Source: Candidatus Iainarchaeum sp. (GTDB lineage: Archaea > Iainarchaeota > Iainarchaeia > Iainarchaeales > 1-14-0-10-31-34). Taken from it: DNA of 64,000 bases. The translations under genes were made by a program, and so were the position numbers. The notes beneath the pieces are model-generated. The model had not been told where the DNA came from and searched no databases. It worked only from the letters and a program-made list of their open reading frames with translations. The stretch covers positions 2,785 to 66,784 of the forward strand of contig JAFCDN010000002.1 in assembly GCA_017609625.1 (NCBI GenBank), read 5' to 3'. Every line of letters starts with the position of its first letter. The first letter of the stretch is position 1. Below, piece after piece: positions 1 to 8,175 of this stretch.

Positions 1-1
1 C

Positions 2-166
2 CCAAAGTTTTTGAAAACCGGAGACGCTGCAATAATTAAAGTTGTTCCAACAAAACCTTTAGCAGCGGAAGAATACAAAAAATTCCCTCAACTGGGAAGA
101 TTTGCTATCAGAGATATGGGACAAACAGTTGCAGCAGGCATGATAGTAAAAGTAACCCCAAAATAG
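2..166 (+). CDS. tuf: Elongation factor 1-alpha, C-terminal fragment (5' end lies outside the window)
   Basis: Frame-2 translation ...[48 protein letters not shown] matches EF-1A domain III; S10 follows, as in the archaeal EF-1A/S10 cluster. Confidence 0.8.
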   Translation, partial: PKFLKTGDAAIIKVVPTKPLAAEEYKKFPQLGRFAIRDMGQTVAAGMIVKVTPK

Positions 167-248
167 GCAATTTAATAATTGCTTAATTTTTTATCTTTTT
201 TAAGTTTCTTTAAAAAAGAGAACACAGCACAGGAAAAAAAGTGATTAG

Positions 249-557
249 ATGCAAAAAGCTAGAATAAAACTTTCAAGTCCAGATTACAGAGTATTAGAAG
301 ACATTTGCGAGAAAGTAAAAGAAGTTGCACGCAGAACTGGAGTAAAGCATTCTGGAAGTATTCCTTTGCCAACAAAAAAATTAACTGTTCCAACTAGAAA
401 AGGCATGCCTGGAGGCGGAACAGCCTCAGTAGAAAAATGGCAGATGCGGATTCATAAAAGACTGATTGATATTGAAGCAGATGAAAGAACCCTGCGAAGA
501 GTAATGAGAGTAGAAATCCCAGAAAACGTACACGTAGAAATCGAATTACGTGAATAA
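249..557 (+). CDS. rps10: 30S ribosomal protein S10 (uS10)
   Basis: 102 aa, ...RIKLSSPDYRVLEDICEKV...TKKLTVPTRKG... typical uS10; directly follows tuf. Confidence 0.9.
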   Translation: MQKARIKLSSPDYRVLEDICEKVKEVARRTGVKHSGSIPLPTKKLTVPTRKGMPGGGTASVEKWQMRIHKRLIDIEADERTLRRVMRVEIPENVHVEIELRE

Positions 558-582
558 CTGCCCTTTCTTTTCTTCACAAGCA
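558..582 (+). terminator. Pyrimidine/T-rich tract immediately after the S10 stop (ACTGCCCTTTCTTTTCTTC); archaeal oligo-T terminator candidate
   Basis: The same ACTGCCC(C)TTTCTTTTC motif follows the dnaK stop at 54096. Confidence 0.35.
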
Positions 583-584
583 AA

Positions 585-690
585 CGTTTCGCCGTTTGAG
601 CACGAGGCACGACACAAGGTCGTGCTAGCACAGCTTTATGCTGTGCACTGGTGTCAAGCTGACAGTGGCAGTTGTTAGCCAAAGAAAAGA
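585..690 (+). ncRNA. GC-rich structured element of unknown identity (candidate small ncRNA or 3'-UTR structure)
   Basis: Local GC is visibly far above background. Nested hairpins include ggcacgac-acaa-ggtcgtgc and gcacagc-ttta-tgctgtgc, with an outer ctgcc...ggcag closing stem. No tRNA T-loop was found. Confidence 0.25.
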
Positions 691-712
691 AATCGAAAAA
701 TCTTATTAAAAA

Positions 713-1171
713 CTATTTTTTCTTTTTAAATTTTGTATAAAATACAAACCCTATAATTAATAAAGCAAAGAATAAAACAATCAGAGTTAAAAAAAAATGA
801 TGATAAAGAAGCTCGTCTATTCTTTCTTGAATAGAAACTTTTTGACAGGTGTCGTGTCCATAGTCTTGCGGCCCAAAATAAGGCTCTAAACCTTTACAGC
901 ATTTATCAAAATTAAAAACCATTTCTCCTTCTTTAACACATGGAAGTTCTTTTCTATATTCTGACCCACATTTTCCAGAACGAAATTCATAGGTAAGACA
1001 ACTTTTCCCGTCATCAAAAATGCAAACTTCATTTAAGTTATCGTCAAAACCCAATTTATATCCTTGGCGTTCACAAAATACTTTATCAGCTCCAAGAAAA
1101 GCTCCAGAAGAATAAGTCAATAAAGAAAGCAAAAACAATAAAACAACCAAGACCACAAGCAACTTTTTCAT
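713..1171 (-). CDS. DUF333-like Cys-rich protein with signal peptide and C-terminal TM anchor plus poly-Lys tail
   Basis: FCERQGYKLGFDD...CIFDDGKSC..EFRSGKCG resembles the DUF333 (YoaF-like) motif; N-terminal hydrophobic signal; C-terminal TM followed by KFKKKK. Confidence 0.55.
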   Translation of the reverse strand: MKKLLVVLVVLLFLLSLLTYSSGAFLGADKVFCERQGYKLGFDDNLNEVCIFDDGKSCLTYEFRSGKCGSEYRKELPCVKEGEMVFNFDKCCKGLEPYFGPQDYGHDTCQKVSIQERIDELLYHHFFLTLIVLFFALLIIGFVFYTKFKKKK

Positions 1172-1584
1172 GAACTTTGCCTCTTTTTCTTTCTTTTAAT
1201 ATAAAACAAAATAACAGCAGCTATTACTAAAATTATCAGCCAAACTTCTGGCTGAAATAAAATGTTTTTGCAGTGTGCCTGGCCAATCGACATAAATCCA
1301 AGATAAGGAGAGCTTCCAAAACAGCATTGCTCAAAACCAAAAACAGGGTTGCCTTCTTCAACACAAGAAAATTCTTTTTTATATTCTGCACCACAGCTTC
1401 CATCAAAAAACTCCCCTAAATCACATTTCTCCCCATCATCAAACACACAATACATTCCATCTTCAGATATCTCTACTTGATAACCTTGATGTTCACAAAA
1501 AGGAGGATAAGGATCCATAGCTCCAAAAACAAAAGCAGATAAAAAAACTAAAAATAAAATAAACAAACCAAAAAATCTTTTCAT
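1168..1584 (-). CDS. DUF333-like Cys-rich membrane-anchored protein (tandem paralog)
   Basis: FCEHQGYQVEISEDGMYCVFDDGEKCDLGEFFDGSCG; same architecture as the neighbouring gene; 4-nt overlap. Confidence 0.55.
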   Translation of the reverse strand: MKRFFGLFILFLVFLSAFVFGAMDPYPPFCEHQGYQVEISEDGMYCVFDDGEKCDLGEFFDGSCGAEYKKEFSCVEEGNPVFGFEQCCFGSSPYLGFMSIGQAHCKNILFQPEVWLIILVIAAVILFYIKRKKKRQSS

Positions 1585-1663
1585 GAATTTATGTAAGTTT
1601 AAACTCCTATTTAAACTTTCTCATCTTTAAAAACCTTTAATAAAAGCTTTACCTTATCACATT

Positions 1664-2044
1664 GTGCAAGTTTTAATTTCTTCATTAAAACAGTTTCTTT
1701 TTCCAATTTTAATCCCAAAAATATTAACTGTGTTTATCCTTCTTTTCTTATTAAAAAATAACTGGAAAATAGAATTTGAAAACAGACTTTATCTTTCTGT
1801 TATTATTTCTACTATAATATCCACTTTAATTTTTTTAGGCTTAATTTCTGTTGTAAGCATACAAATACCTTTTTTGCTCTTATTTTTCCTAATAATGATT
1901 ATTTTTGATGCAGCTTTTATTTATGCAGTATTAGCAAAAAAAGAAATTTTTTCACTTAAAAGAACCTTAATTCTAAGCTTGGTAATGAACATTATAGGTT
2001 TTGCTATTGCACTAAACTATTTTTTTAGATCAATAAACTATTAA
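1664..2044 (+). CDS. Hypothetical small integral membrane protein
   Basis: 126 aa with 3-4 hydrophobic segments; no recognisable motif. Confidence 0.35.
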   Translation: MQVLISSLKQFLFPILIPKILTVFILLFLLKNNWKIEFENRLYLSVIISTIISTLIFLGLISVVSIQIPFLLLFFLIMIIFDAAFIYAVLAKKEIFSLKRTLILSLVMNIIGFAIALNYFFRSINY

Positions 2045-2083
2045 AAACTCACTTATAAAAAAACAACTTCACTACTTTTTATA

Positions 2084-2545
2084 ATGCAATTTGAATATTT
2101 AGAGCACACAGCAGATTTAAAGTTTCGAGCTTTTGGAGAGACAAAAAAAGAGTTAATAGAAAACTCTGGAAAAGCTTTATGCAATGCAATAATTGATTCT
2201 GGCAGTGTGGAAGAAAAAGGAAAAGGAATTATTGCAGTGCAGGCAGAAAACTTTGAACAGGTTTTGTTTGATTTTTTAAAAGAAGTTTTGTTTCAGATTG
2301 ACACGCAAGAAATTATTTTTTCAGAGTTCAAAGTAACTGAATTAAAAGAAGCTGAACCGCCTTTTTCAGAAAAAGGCAGGTTGCCAAAAACCAAAAAAGG
2401 GATTTTTCTAAAAGTTGAAGCATCAGGAGAAAAAATAAATTTAGATAAACATGAAGTGAAAACAGAAATCAAAGCAATAACAAAACATGATTTTAAAGTA
2501 GAAAAAAAAGAAAAATGGATTGCAGAAGTTTTAGTTGATGTGTGA
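2084..2545 (+). CDS. Archease (RtcB activator) carrying a palindromic-repeat-encoded insert
   Basis: MQFEYLEHTADLKFRAFG... archease N-terminal signature; RtcB lies 600 bp downstream; insert EAEPPFSEKGRLPKTKKG is encoded by the repeat at 2355-2392. Confidence 0.85.
   Translation: MQFEYLEHTADLKFRAFGETKKELIENSGKALCNAIIDSGSVEEKGKGIIAVQAENFEQVLFDFLKEVLFQIDTQEIIFSEFKVTELKEAEPPFSEKGRLPKTKKGIFLKVEASGEKINLDKHEVKTEIKAITKHDFKVEKKEKWIAEVLVDV
2355..2392. repeat. Type-B palindromic repeat (GCCTTTTTCAGAAAAAGGC + AGGTTGCCAAAAACC) in frame inside the archease CDS
   Basis: Near-copies at 17468-17503, 24983-25018, 26076-26114 and 26303-26340. Confidence 0.7.
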
Positions 2546-2586
2546 AAAACAAGCAAAATCAATACATATTTAAATCAAAATCCATA

Positions 2587-2604
2587 CAAATACTATAGTA
2601 TTTG
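2587..2604. promoter_or_regulatory. Perfect 9-bp-arm inverted repeat CAAATACTA|TAGTATTTG 24 bp upstream of the RHH antitoxin gene; candidate autoregulatory operator
   Basis: Palindrome read directly from the sequence; its position relative to the toxin-antitoxin start is typical of a RHH operator. Confidence 0.4.
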
Positions 2605-2627
2605 GTTTTGTAAGGTGTGGTGATCAT

Positions 2628-2870
2628 ATGAATGTAATTTTAAGAGGAAAAACTAAAGAAATCCTTGAAGACATGGTTGAAGACGGCTATGCAAACACAC
2701 AGTCTGAAGCAGTAAGATTAGCTATAATAAATTTTGGGGAAGACCACTTTAACGAAGAAGAAATGGTTAACAGAAAACTAGATTTAATAGATGAACAGAT
2801 AAAGAAAGGAAAAAGAAAACTGCTTAAAGCAGACAAAGGTCTTGGAAAATATGCAAAGTATTTGAAGTAG
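2628..2870 (+). CDS. Ribbon-helix-helix (CopG-like) antitoxin
   Basis: 80 aa; N-terminal beta-strand NVILRGKTKEIL followed by a helix with SEAVRLAIINF; immediately upstream of a RelE-like gene. Confidence 0.55.
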   Translation: MNVILRGKTKEILEDMVEDGYANTQSEAVRLAIINFGEDHFNEEEMVNRKLDLIDEQIKKGKRKLLKADKGLGKYAKYLK

Positions 2871-2875
2871 TTTAT

Positions 2876-3136
2876 ATGTATTCAGAAGCGTTTGATGAGG
2901 AATGGCCAAAATATTTTGACAACCTTGAAGAACAAATAAAAGGAAGGACTGCTAAAAAAATAAAAAAGATTCTGGAAAATCCACAAAAAAGACATCTTAA
3001 AAAAGCAAAATATTTTGTAGACGAAATAGGGCAAAACAGAATTGTTTACAGAGTTTTTGAAGAAGAAAAACAAGTAAGATTTTATTTTGTGGGGAATCAT
3101 AAAGAATACAAAAAATGGTACAAAAAGCTCTTTTAA
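2876..3136 (+). CDS. RelE/ParE-family toxin
   Basis: 86 aa; ...IGQNRIVYRVFEEEKQVRFYFVGNHKEYKK matches the RelE/ParE C-terminal core (R..Y R....v.il.ig.Hk.vY). Confidence 0.65.
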   Translation: MYSEAFDEEWPKYFDNLEEQIKGRTAKKIKKILENPQKRHLKKAKYFVDEIGQNRIVYRVFEEEKQVRFYFVGNHKEYKKWYKKLF

Positions 3137-3173
3137 AAAAATCATTTGTATTATATCCTATTGAAGGCATTTT

Positions 3174-4598
3174 ATGAAGCAAATAAGTAAAGGCATTTGG
3201 GAAATTCCAAAACAAGGAAAAATGCTAGTTCCAGGAAGAGTATATGGAACAAAAAAAATAGTTGAAGAAATCGAAGACAATGCAATAACACAATTAACTA
3301 ATGTAGCTGAACTTCCAGGGATACAAAAATATTCTATTGCCATGCCTGATGCTCACCAAGGATATGGAATGATAATCGGCGGGGTAGCAGCATTTGATGC
3401 AGAAAATGGAATAATTACTCCTGGCTCGATTGGTTTTGATGTAAACTGTGGGATCAGACTAGTAAAAACAAATTTAACAGAAAAAGATGTTAAAGGAAAA
3501 GAAAAAGAAATTTTAAATGAATTGTTTAATCAGGTCCCAGCTGGCTTGGGTTCAAAAGGGCAGTTCAGAGCTAATAAAGAACAGCTACAAGAGGTAATGC
3601 TAAAAGGTTCAGCTTGGGCAATAGAAAACGGTTTTGGATGGAAAGAAGATTTAGAGAAAACAGAAGAAAACGGAAAAATGCAGGAAGCTGATCCGAAAAA
3701 TGTTTCAGAAAAAGCAATTCAAAGAGGGTTGCTGCAGTTAGGTTCTTTAGGTTCAGGAAACCATTTTTTAGAGATACAAAAAATTGAAGAAATCTTTGAT
3801 GAAAAAACTGCAAAAGAGTTTGGTCTGCAGAAAGGAAAATTATGTTTAATGATTCACTGTGGAAGCAGAGGCTTTGGACATCAGATTGCATCAGATTATC
3901 TTGATACAATGGAAAAAGCAATGAAAAAATATGGAATAAAAGTGAGTGACAAGCAGTTAGCGTGTGCTCCGATTAATTCAGAAGAAGGAAAAAAATATTT
4001 CAGTGCAATGGCTTGTGCAGTAAACTATGCTTTTGCAAACAGGCAGATGATTTTGCACTGGACAAGAAAAAGCTTTGAAAAAGTTTTAGGAAAAACAGCA
4101 GAAGAAATGCAGCTGCATTTAGTTTATGATGTAGCACATAATATTGCAAAATTTGAAGAACACGAAATTGACGGCAAAAAAATGAAAGTTTTAGTGCACA
4201 GAAAAGGAGCTACAAGGGCTTTTCCTGCAGGAAAAAAAGAAAATCCTTTATCTTATATGAAAACAGGCCATCCTGCATTAATTCCTGGTTCAATGGGGAC
4301 TGCTTCCTGGGTTGTAGTTGGAACAGAAAAAGGACTGGAAGAAACTTTTGGTTCTGTCGCGCACGGAGCAGGCAGGGTTATGAGCAGATCAAAGGCAATT
4401 AAAACCAAAAGAGGAGAACAAGTGCAAAAAGAACTTGAACTGCAGGGAAAATTTGTTAAATCCAGAAGCCCAAAAACTCTGGCAGAAGAAATGCCTGAAG
4501 CATACAAAGACGTGGATGAAGTGATAAAATCTTTAGAGATTTCAGGGATAGCAAAAAAGGTTGCAAGAATGATTCCGATTGGAGTAGTAAAAGGTTAG
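3174..4598 (+). CDS. rtcB: tRNA-splicing ligase RtcB
   Basis: 474 aa; AMPDAHQGYGMIIGGV, GIDVNCGIRL, HRKGATRAFP and GSMGTASWVV motifs of RtcB. Confidence 0.95.
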   Translation: MKQISKGIWEIPKQGKMLVPGRVYGTKKIVEEIEDNAITQLTNVAELPGIQKYSIAMPDAHQGYGMIIGGVAAFDAENGIITPGSIGFDVNCGIRLVKTNLTEKDVKGKEKEILNELFNQVPAGLGSKGQFRANKEQLQEVMLKGSAWAIENGFGWKEDLEKTEENGKMQEADPKNVSEKAIQRGLLQLGSLGSGNHFLEIQKIEEIFDEKTAKEFGLQKGKLCLMIHCGSRGFGHQIASDYLDTMEKAMKKYGIKVSDKQLACAPINSEEGKKYFSAMACAVNYAFANRQMILHWTRKSFEKVLGKTAEEMQLHLVYDVAHNIAKFEEHEIDGKKMKVLVHRKGATRAFPAGKKENPLSYMKTGHPALIPGSMGTASWVVVGTEKGLEETFGSVAHGAGRVMSRSKAIKTKRGEQVQKELELQGKFVKSRSPKTLAEEMPEAYKDVDEVIKSLEISGIAKKVARMIPIGVVKG

Positions 4599-5017
4599 TT
4601 TGAACCATCCTTTCTTCTTTTTCTCTTTTTTTCCTCAATTTTCATACCAGCTAAAAGTTCGTCTGCAGTTATCCTCATTTCTCTAAATTGTTTCTTTAGA
4701 ATTGCTGTCCTTGCACCGAGTTCATTTGTGCTATGAGAAGCTGCTTGAAGTTTTGAAAACGCATCAAAAATTGGCAACTGGCTTTCTGCATACTGTTCAG
4801 CTTGTTTTTTATTGCTTCCTAAATTCCTGGAATGCCTGTAAAATATTCTTGCTGCTTGTTCTCTTTCTAAACCTAAACGAACAAGTGCCACTGCTAAAGG
4901 CAGACTTTTGTCGCCTGCTTTTTCAAGATAATACTCTCCAATAGGTCTTTTTCTGGCGGGTTTTTTGTTAACAGGTTTCCTTTTTAATCGTCCGAATATA
5001 CTGCGCTTCTTAGCCAT
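4595..5017 (-). CDS. Hypothetical basic protein, Arg-rich and GC-richer than its surroundings
   Basis: 140 aa ORF convergent with rtcB; R/K-rich termini; possible HTH at SLPLAVALVRLGLEREQAARIF; composition is atypical for this Lys-biased genome. Confidence 0.4.
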   Translation of the reverse strand: MAKKRSIFGRLKRKPVNKKPARKRPIGEYYLEKAGDKSLPLAVALVRLGLEREQAARIFYRHSRNLGSNKKQAEQYAESQLPIFDAFSKLQAASHSTNELGARTAILKKQFREMRITADELLAGMKIEEKKRKRRKDGSN

Positions 5018-5111
5018 TTTCTCTTCAATATAAAGTCAAAGATATATTTAAATACCTTCAATCACAGACTTATATATAATTTACCACTTTAGAGTGGTTA
5101 AGGGTGGTCTG

Positions 5112-7997
5112 ATGAAAAAATTTCTTGCTTTGATAATCTCTTTGATTTTTGTTTTAAGCTCAGTTAATGCTGCAGTTTTAGTTGATACTCATGATACATA
5201 TGAAGTTGAAGTCACTTCAGTTCAATTAAGAAGCTATTATGATTCTCACTGGAGCAATTCAATTACAGCAAACGACAATGATCCAATAGATATAAGGGCA
5301 GACATTTTTTTGGATTACTATAACTATTACGGAGACAGATATTATCCTTATGATTGGGTTGAAGTATGGGCTGAAGTTTATGCCTGGGACAACGGCGACT
5401 GGGTTTTTATTAAAGAAACCAATACACGACAGGTAAACCTTTATTATGCAGACCATAAAAGCGTTTACTGGTATGATGCTTTTTTTATTGACAATTATTA
5501 CAGCGAATACAAGGTTATAGTTAAGGCAAGAAATTATGAATACTACCAAGATTACAGCGAAAACTATGCTTTTATCAGTGTAAGAGAAGGCGGATTTGAT
5601 TCATACTGCAATGATATAGAAATTTTTTCAAATTCAATTGCCTTAAATGAAAATGAAGAAAAAAAAGTCACTTTTACAATAAAAAACAATTCAGATGAAA
5701 GGTTTTACATTGAACCAGATTCTTATGTGGATGAAATATACGGCGGCTCTTTTTTCAATGCATGGATTTATGATTATGACCGGTCAATTTCCGCAGGCGG
5801 AAGAGGAGAAGTAACAGTTAAAGTAAGAAGTCAAGAAGTAAGCGAAAATGAAGAAGGAAAAGCAAGACTAACAATTAAAGGAAAGTTTTACAGCGGAAAA
5901 ACATGCGATTCTGATATTAAAAGAGATTTCATTGTAAGAGTAGATAATGAATCAGAATATGAATCCTGCAAAGACATTAAAATTAATGCTTCAGATGAAA
6001 GAATGGAAGAAAACTCAACTGAATACTTTTCTTTTACTGTAAGAAATTATTCTAACACTGCATTCTATGCAAGGGCTGATGTAAGCAGTAACAACTCATT
6101 TTTTAATGCAACAGAAGAGCATTCAAATCAGGTTTACATTTCTCCAAACTCCACAGAAACATTTAGATACAAAGTAAAAAGCGATTATGTTTCTTACAAA
6201 GAAAGAGGAAAAATTTACATTAAGATTTCAGGCAATTACTCTGGCGGAGACAATTGCTCTTATTCAGAAATAGGACAAAAAACAGTTTATTTGACAGTAG
6301 AAGATAATTATTGGGAAGGAGAACAATGCGATGATTTGTCTTTGAGAACAAAAACTTTGTATGTTGATGAACAAGATGTTTATTCTGCTTCTTTTACAAT
6401 AGAAAACAATTCAAGCAGAAAATTTTACATTGAAGATATAGATTTTGATGAATACAGTTCAGAACTGGAATTCAGAAATGTAGATTACTCTTCACAAATT
6501 TCAGGAAACTCTGACAGCAAAGTTTCTTTTGATGTAAAAACAGGAAACATAAGTTCAGACAAAACAATTACTTCATACTTTAAAGTTGAAGGAAGTTTTG
6601 AAAACGGAAGAAGCTGTTCTTTTTCTGATACAAGAAAAAGATTTGATGTAAAAATAGATGCAGATTCTTCAGGCTCTTATTCAGAAAGCTGTAATGAAAT
6701 AGATGTAATCACTAGAACAGTTTCTTTGGATAAAGGAAAAACAGAATACTTTGAATTTACAATAGAAAATAATGAAGACAAAAAATTCTATGTTGATTAT
6801 GTAAATGCATATGACAATGATTCAAAGATTGAAACATCAGAATATGATTTTCCTTCAATAGTTTACGCAAACTCTGATGGAAAAATAAAAGTTAGAATTA
6901 AAGCAAACCAGACAGGAACAGCAACAGCATATATTGAAGTCAGAGGGCATTTTAGCAACGGAAAAAGCTGTTCTATTTCTGCAATAGGAAAAGAAAGCTT
7001 TACAGTAAAAGTTGAAACAACCACAAGAGACAGCTGTTCAGAATTTTATTTAGATACCCCTGCAACCAAAAGTGTTTTGGGAAGAGAAAAAATTGTTTTA
7101 AACATTGATAATCCAACAAACAAAAGCGGAACAATAAGAATCAGCGGAACAGATTTGTCAGTGAGTCCGCATACAATTGATGTTCCAAAAAACACTTCTT
7201 TTACTAAAACAATTGAAGTGGAATTACTTGAAGGAAAAGAAAGCTATTTAGTTTATAACATTTCTCTGGATGGATGTAATATTACCTCTAAAACCACAAA
7301 GATTTTTTCAACAAAAGAATCTTTTGAAGTTACAGGATATCCAAGGGAAAAAACTATTGGATTAGAAGACACAATTTCTTTTACCTTAGTAAACAATTCT
7401 GCTGTAACAAGAGACTTTAAGGTTTCATTGGAAAACCTGCCTTCTGGATGGAAAGCAAACCAGAAAAGCATTTCAATTCCAGGAAACTATGACAGAAGAG
7501 CAAGCATTTCATTAGAAGCAGATTCAGCAGGAACATACAGTGTTCTTTTGGTGGTTGAAACCGCAGGAAGAACAATAGAAAAAGAAATTGAATTAAGAGT
7601 AGAAGAAAAAGAAGTAACTGTTTCAGCTGAAACCACAAGTGGTTTCTTAAACGATTTGCAGTTAAAGATAACAATCGAAAATGAAACAGAACAAGACATT
7701 GAAGGAAATCTGATTGTAGATCTTCCAGAGAATTGGACCATGGAAGGAAACCCAAACATTGAAGTTAAAGCAAACAGCAAAAAAGAAATCTTCTTTTCTT
7801 TAAAAACTGACGGTACAGAAAAAGAATTTGATGTTTTATTAGAGTTAGAAGATGGAAGAGAAGTTTCAGCTACAGCTGACACAAAAGAAATTGGAAGCGG
7901 GACTGCATTGATTTCTTTAGGAAACAACGCAGGCTTGGTTGTTGGCTTGCTTGCAATAGTAATAGTAGTAGTAATTTTGCTTGTGAAAAGGCAATAG
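5112..7997 (+). CDS. Large secreted cell-surface protein with about 8 internal ~110-130-aa repeats and a C-terminal TM anchor
   Basis: Signal peptide MKKFLALIISLIFVLSSVNA; recurring ...F(T/S)(I/V)(K/E/R)NNS..(K/R)FYIE... modules with paired Cys; C-terminus GLVVGLLAIVIVVVILLVKRQ. Confidence 0.7.
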   Translation: MKKFLALIISLIFVLSSVNAAVLVDTHDTYEVEVTSVQLRSYYDSHWSNSITANDNDPIDIRADIFLDYYNYYGDRYYPYDWVEVWAEVYAWDNGDWVFIKETNTRQVNLYYADHKSVYWYDAFFIDNYYSEYKVIVKARNYEYYQDYSENYAFISVREGGFDSYCNDIEIFSNSIALNENEEKKVTFTIKNNSDERFYIEPDSYVDEIYGGSFFNAWIYDYDRSISAGGRGEVTVKVRSQEVSENEEGKARLTIKGKFYSGKTCDSDIKRDFIVRVDNESEYESCKDIKINASDERMEENSTEYFSFTVRNYSNTAFYARADVSSNNSFFNATEEHSNQVYISPNSTETFRYKVKSDYVSYKERGKIYIKISGNYSGGDNCSYSEIGQKTVYLTVEDNYWEGEQCDDLSLRTKTLYVDEQDVYSASFTIENNSSRKFYIEDIDFDEYSSELEFRNVDYSSQISGNSDSKVSFDVKTGNISSDKTITSYFKVEGSFENGRSCSFSDTRKRFDVKIDADSSGSYSESCNEIDVITRTVSLDKGKTEYFEFTIENNEDKKFYVDYVNAYDNDSKIETSEYDFPSIVYANSDGKIKVRIKANQTGTATAYIEVRGHFSNGKSCSISAIGKESFTVKVETTTRDSCSEFYLDTPATKSVLGREKIVLNIDNPTNKSGTIRISGTDLSVSPHTIDVPKNTSFTKTIEVELLEGKESYLVYNISLDGCNITSKTTKIFSTKESFEVTGYPREKTIGLEDTISFTLVNNSAVTRDFKVSLENLPSGWKANQKSISIPGNYDRRASISLEADSAGTYSVLLVVETAGRTIEKEIELRVEEKEVTVSAETTSGFLNDLQLKITIENETEQDIEGNLIVDLPENWTMEGNPNIEVKANSKKEIFFSLKTDGTEKEFDVLLELEDGREVSATADTKEIGSGTALISLGNNAGLVVGLLAIVIVVVILLVKRQ

Positions 7998-8175
7998 AAA
8001 GCTTTAAATAAGTTTTAGAAGAGAGATTCTTATTACTACTTTTATTAGTAGACTGTGTTCCGAAAGGAGCATAAATGCTAAAAAAAACAGCATAAACTGT
8101 TTTTTTAATGCAGTTATCATTGGTTCATACTTCACTATTCTTTATGGCTGAAGCTTGAATTTTAAAAGTGATGCA

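Noticed and set aside
452-682. Other antisense track ORFs within confidently assigned genes, for example 452-682, 2293-2562, 3571-3921, 8333-8704, 9478-9993, 10767-11255, 17177-17572, 18455-18919, 35776-36651 and 40736-41359
   Set aside because: They overlap well-supported conserved genes on the other strand and have low-complexity or poly-hydrophobic translations characteristic of AT-rich antisense frames.
558-700. tRNA or 5S rRNA in the GC-rich block after rps10
   Set aside because: No acceptor/T-arm geometry and no GTTCRANYC T-loop on either strand. It does not match the archaeal 5S consensus. It is kept only as an unclassified structured element.
4595-5017. LAGLIDADG homing endonuclease, suggested by ...ADELLAGMKIEE...
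   Set aside because: The single weak motif lacks the acidic Asp/Gly pattern, and the protein is too small (140 aa). It is left as hypothetical.
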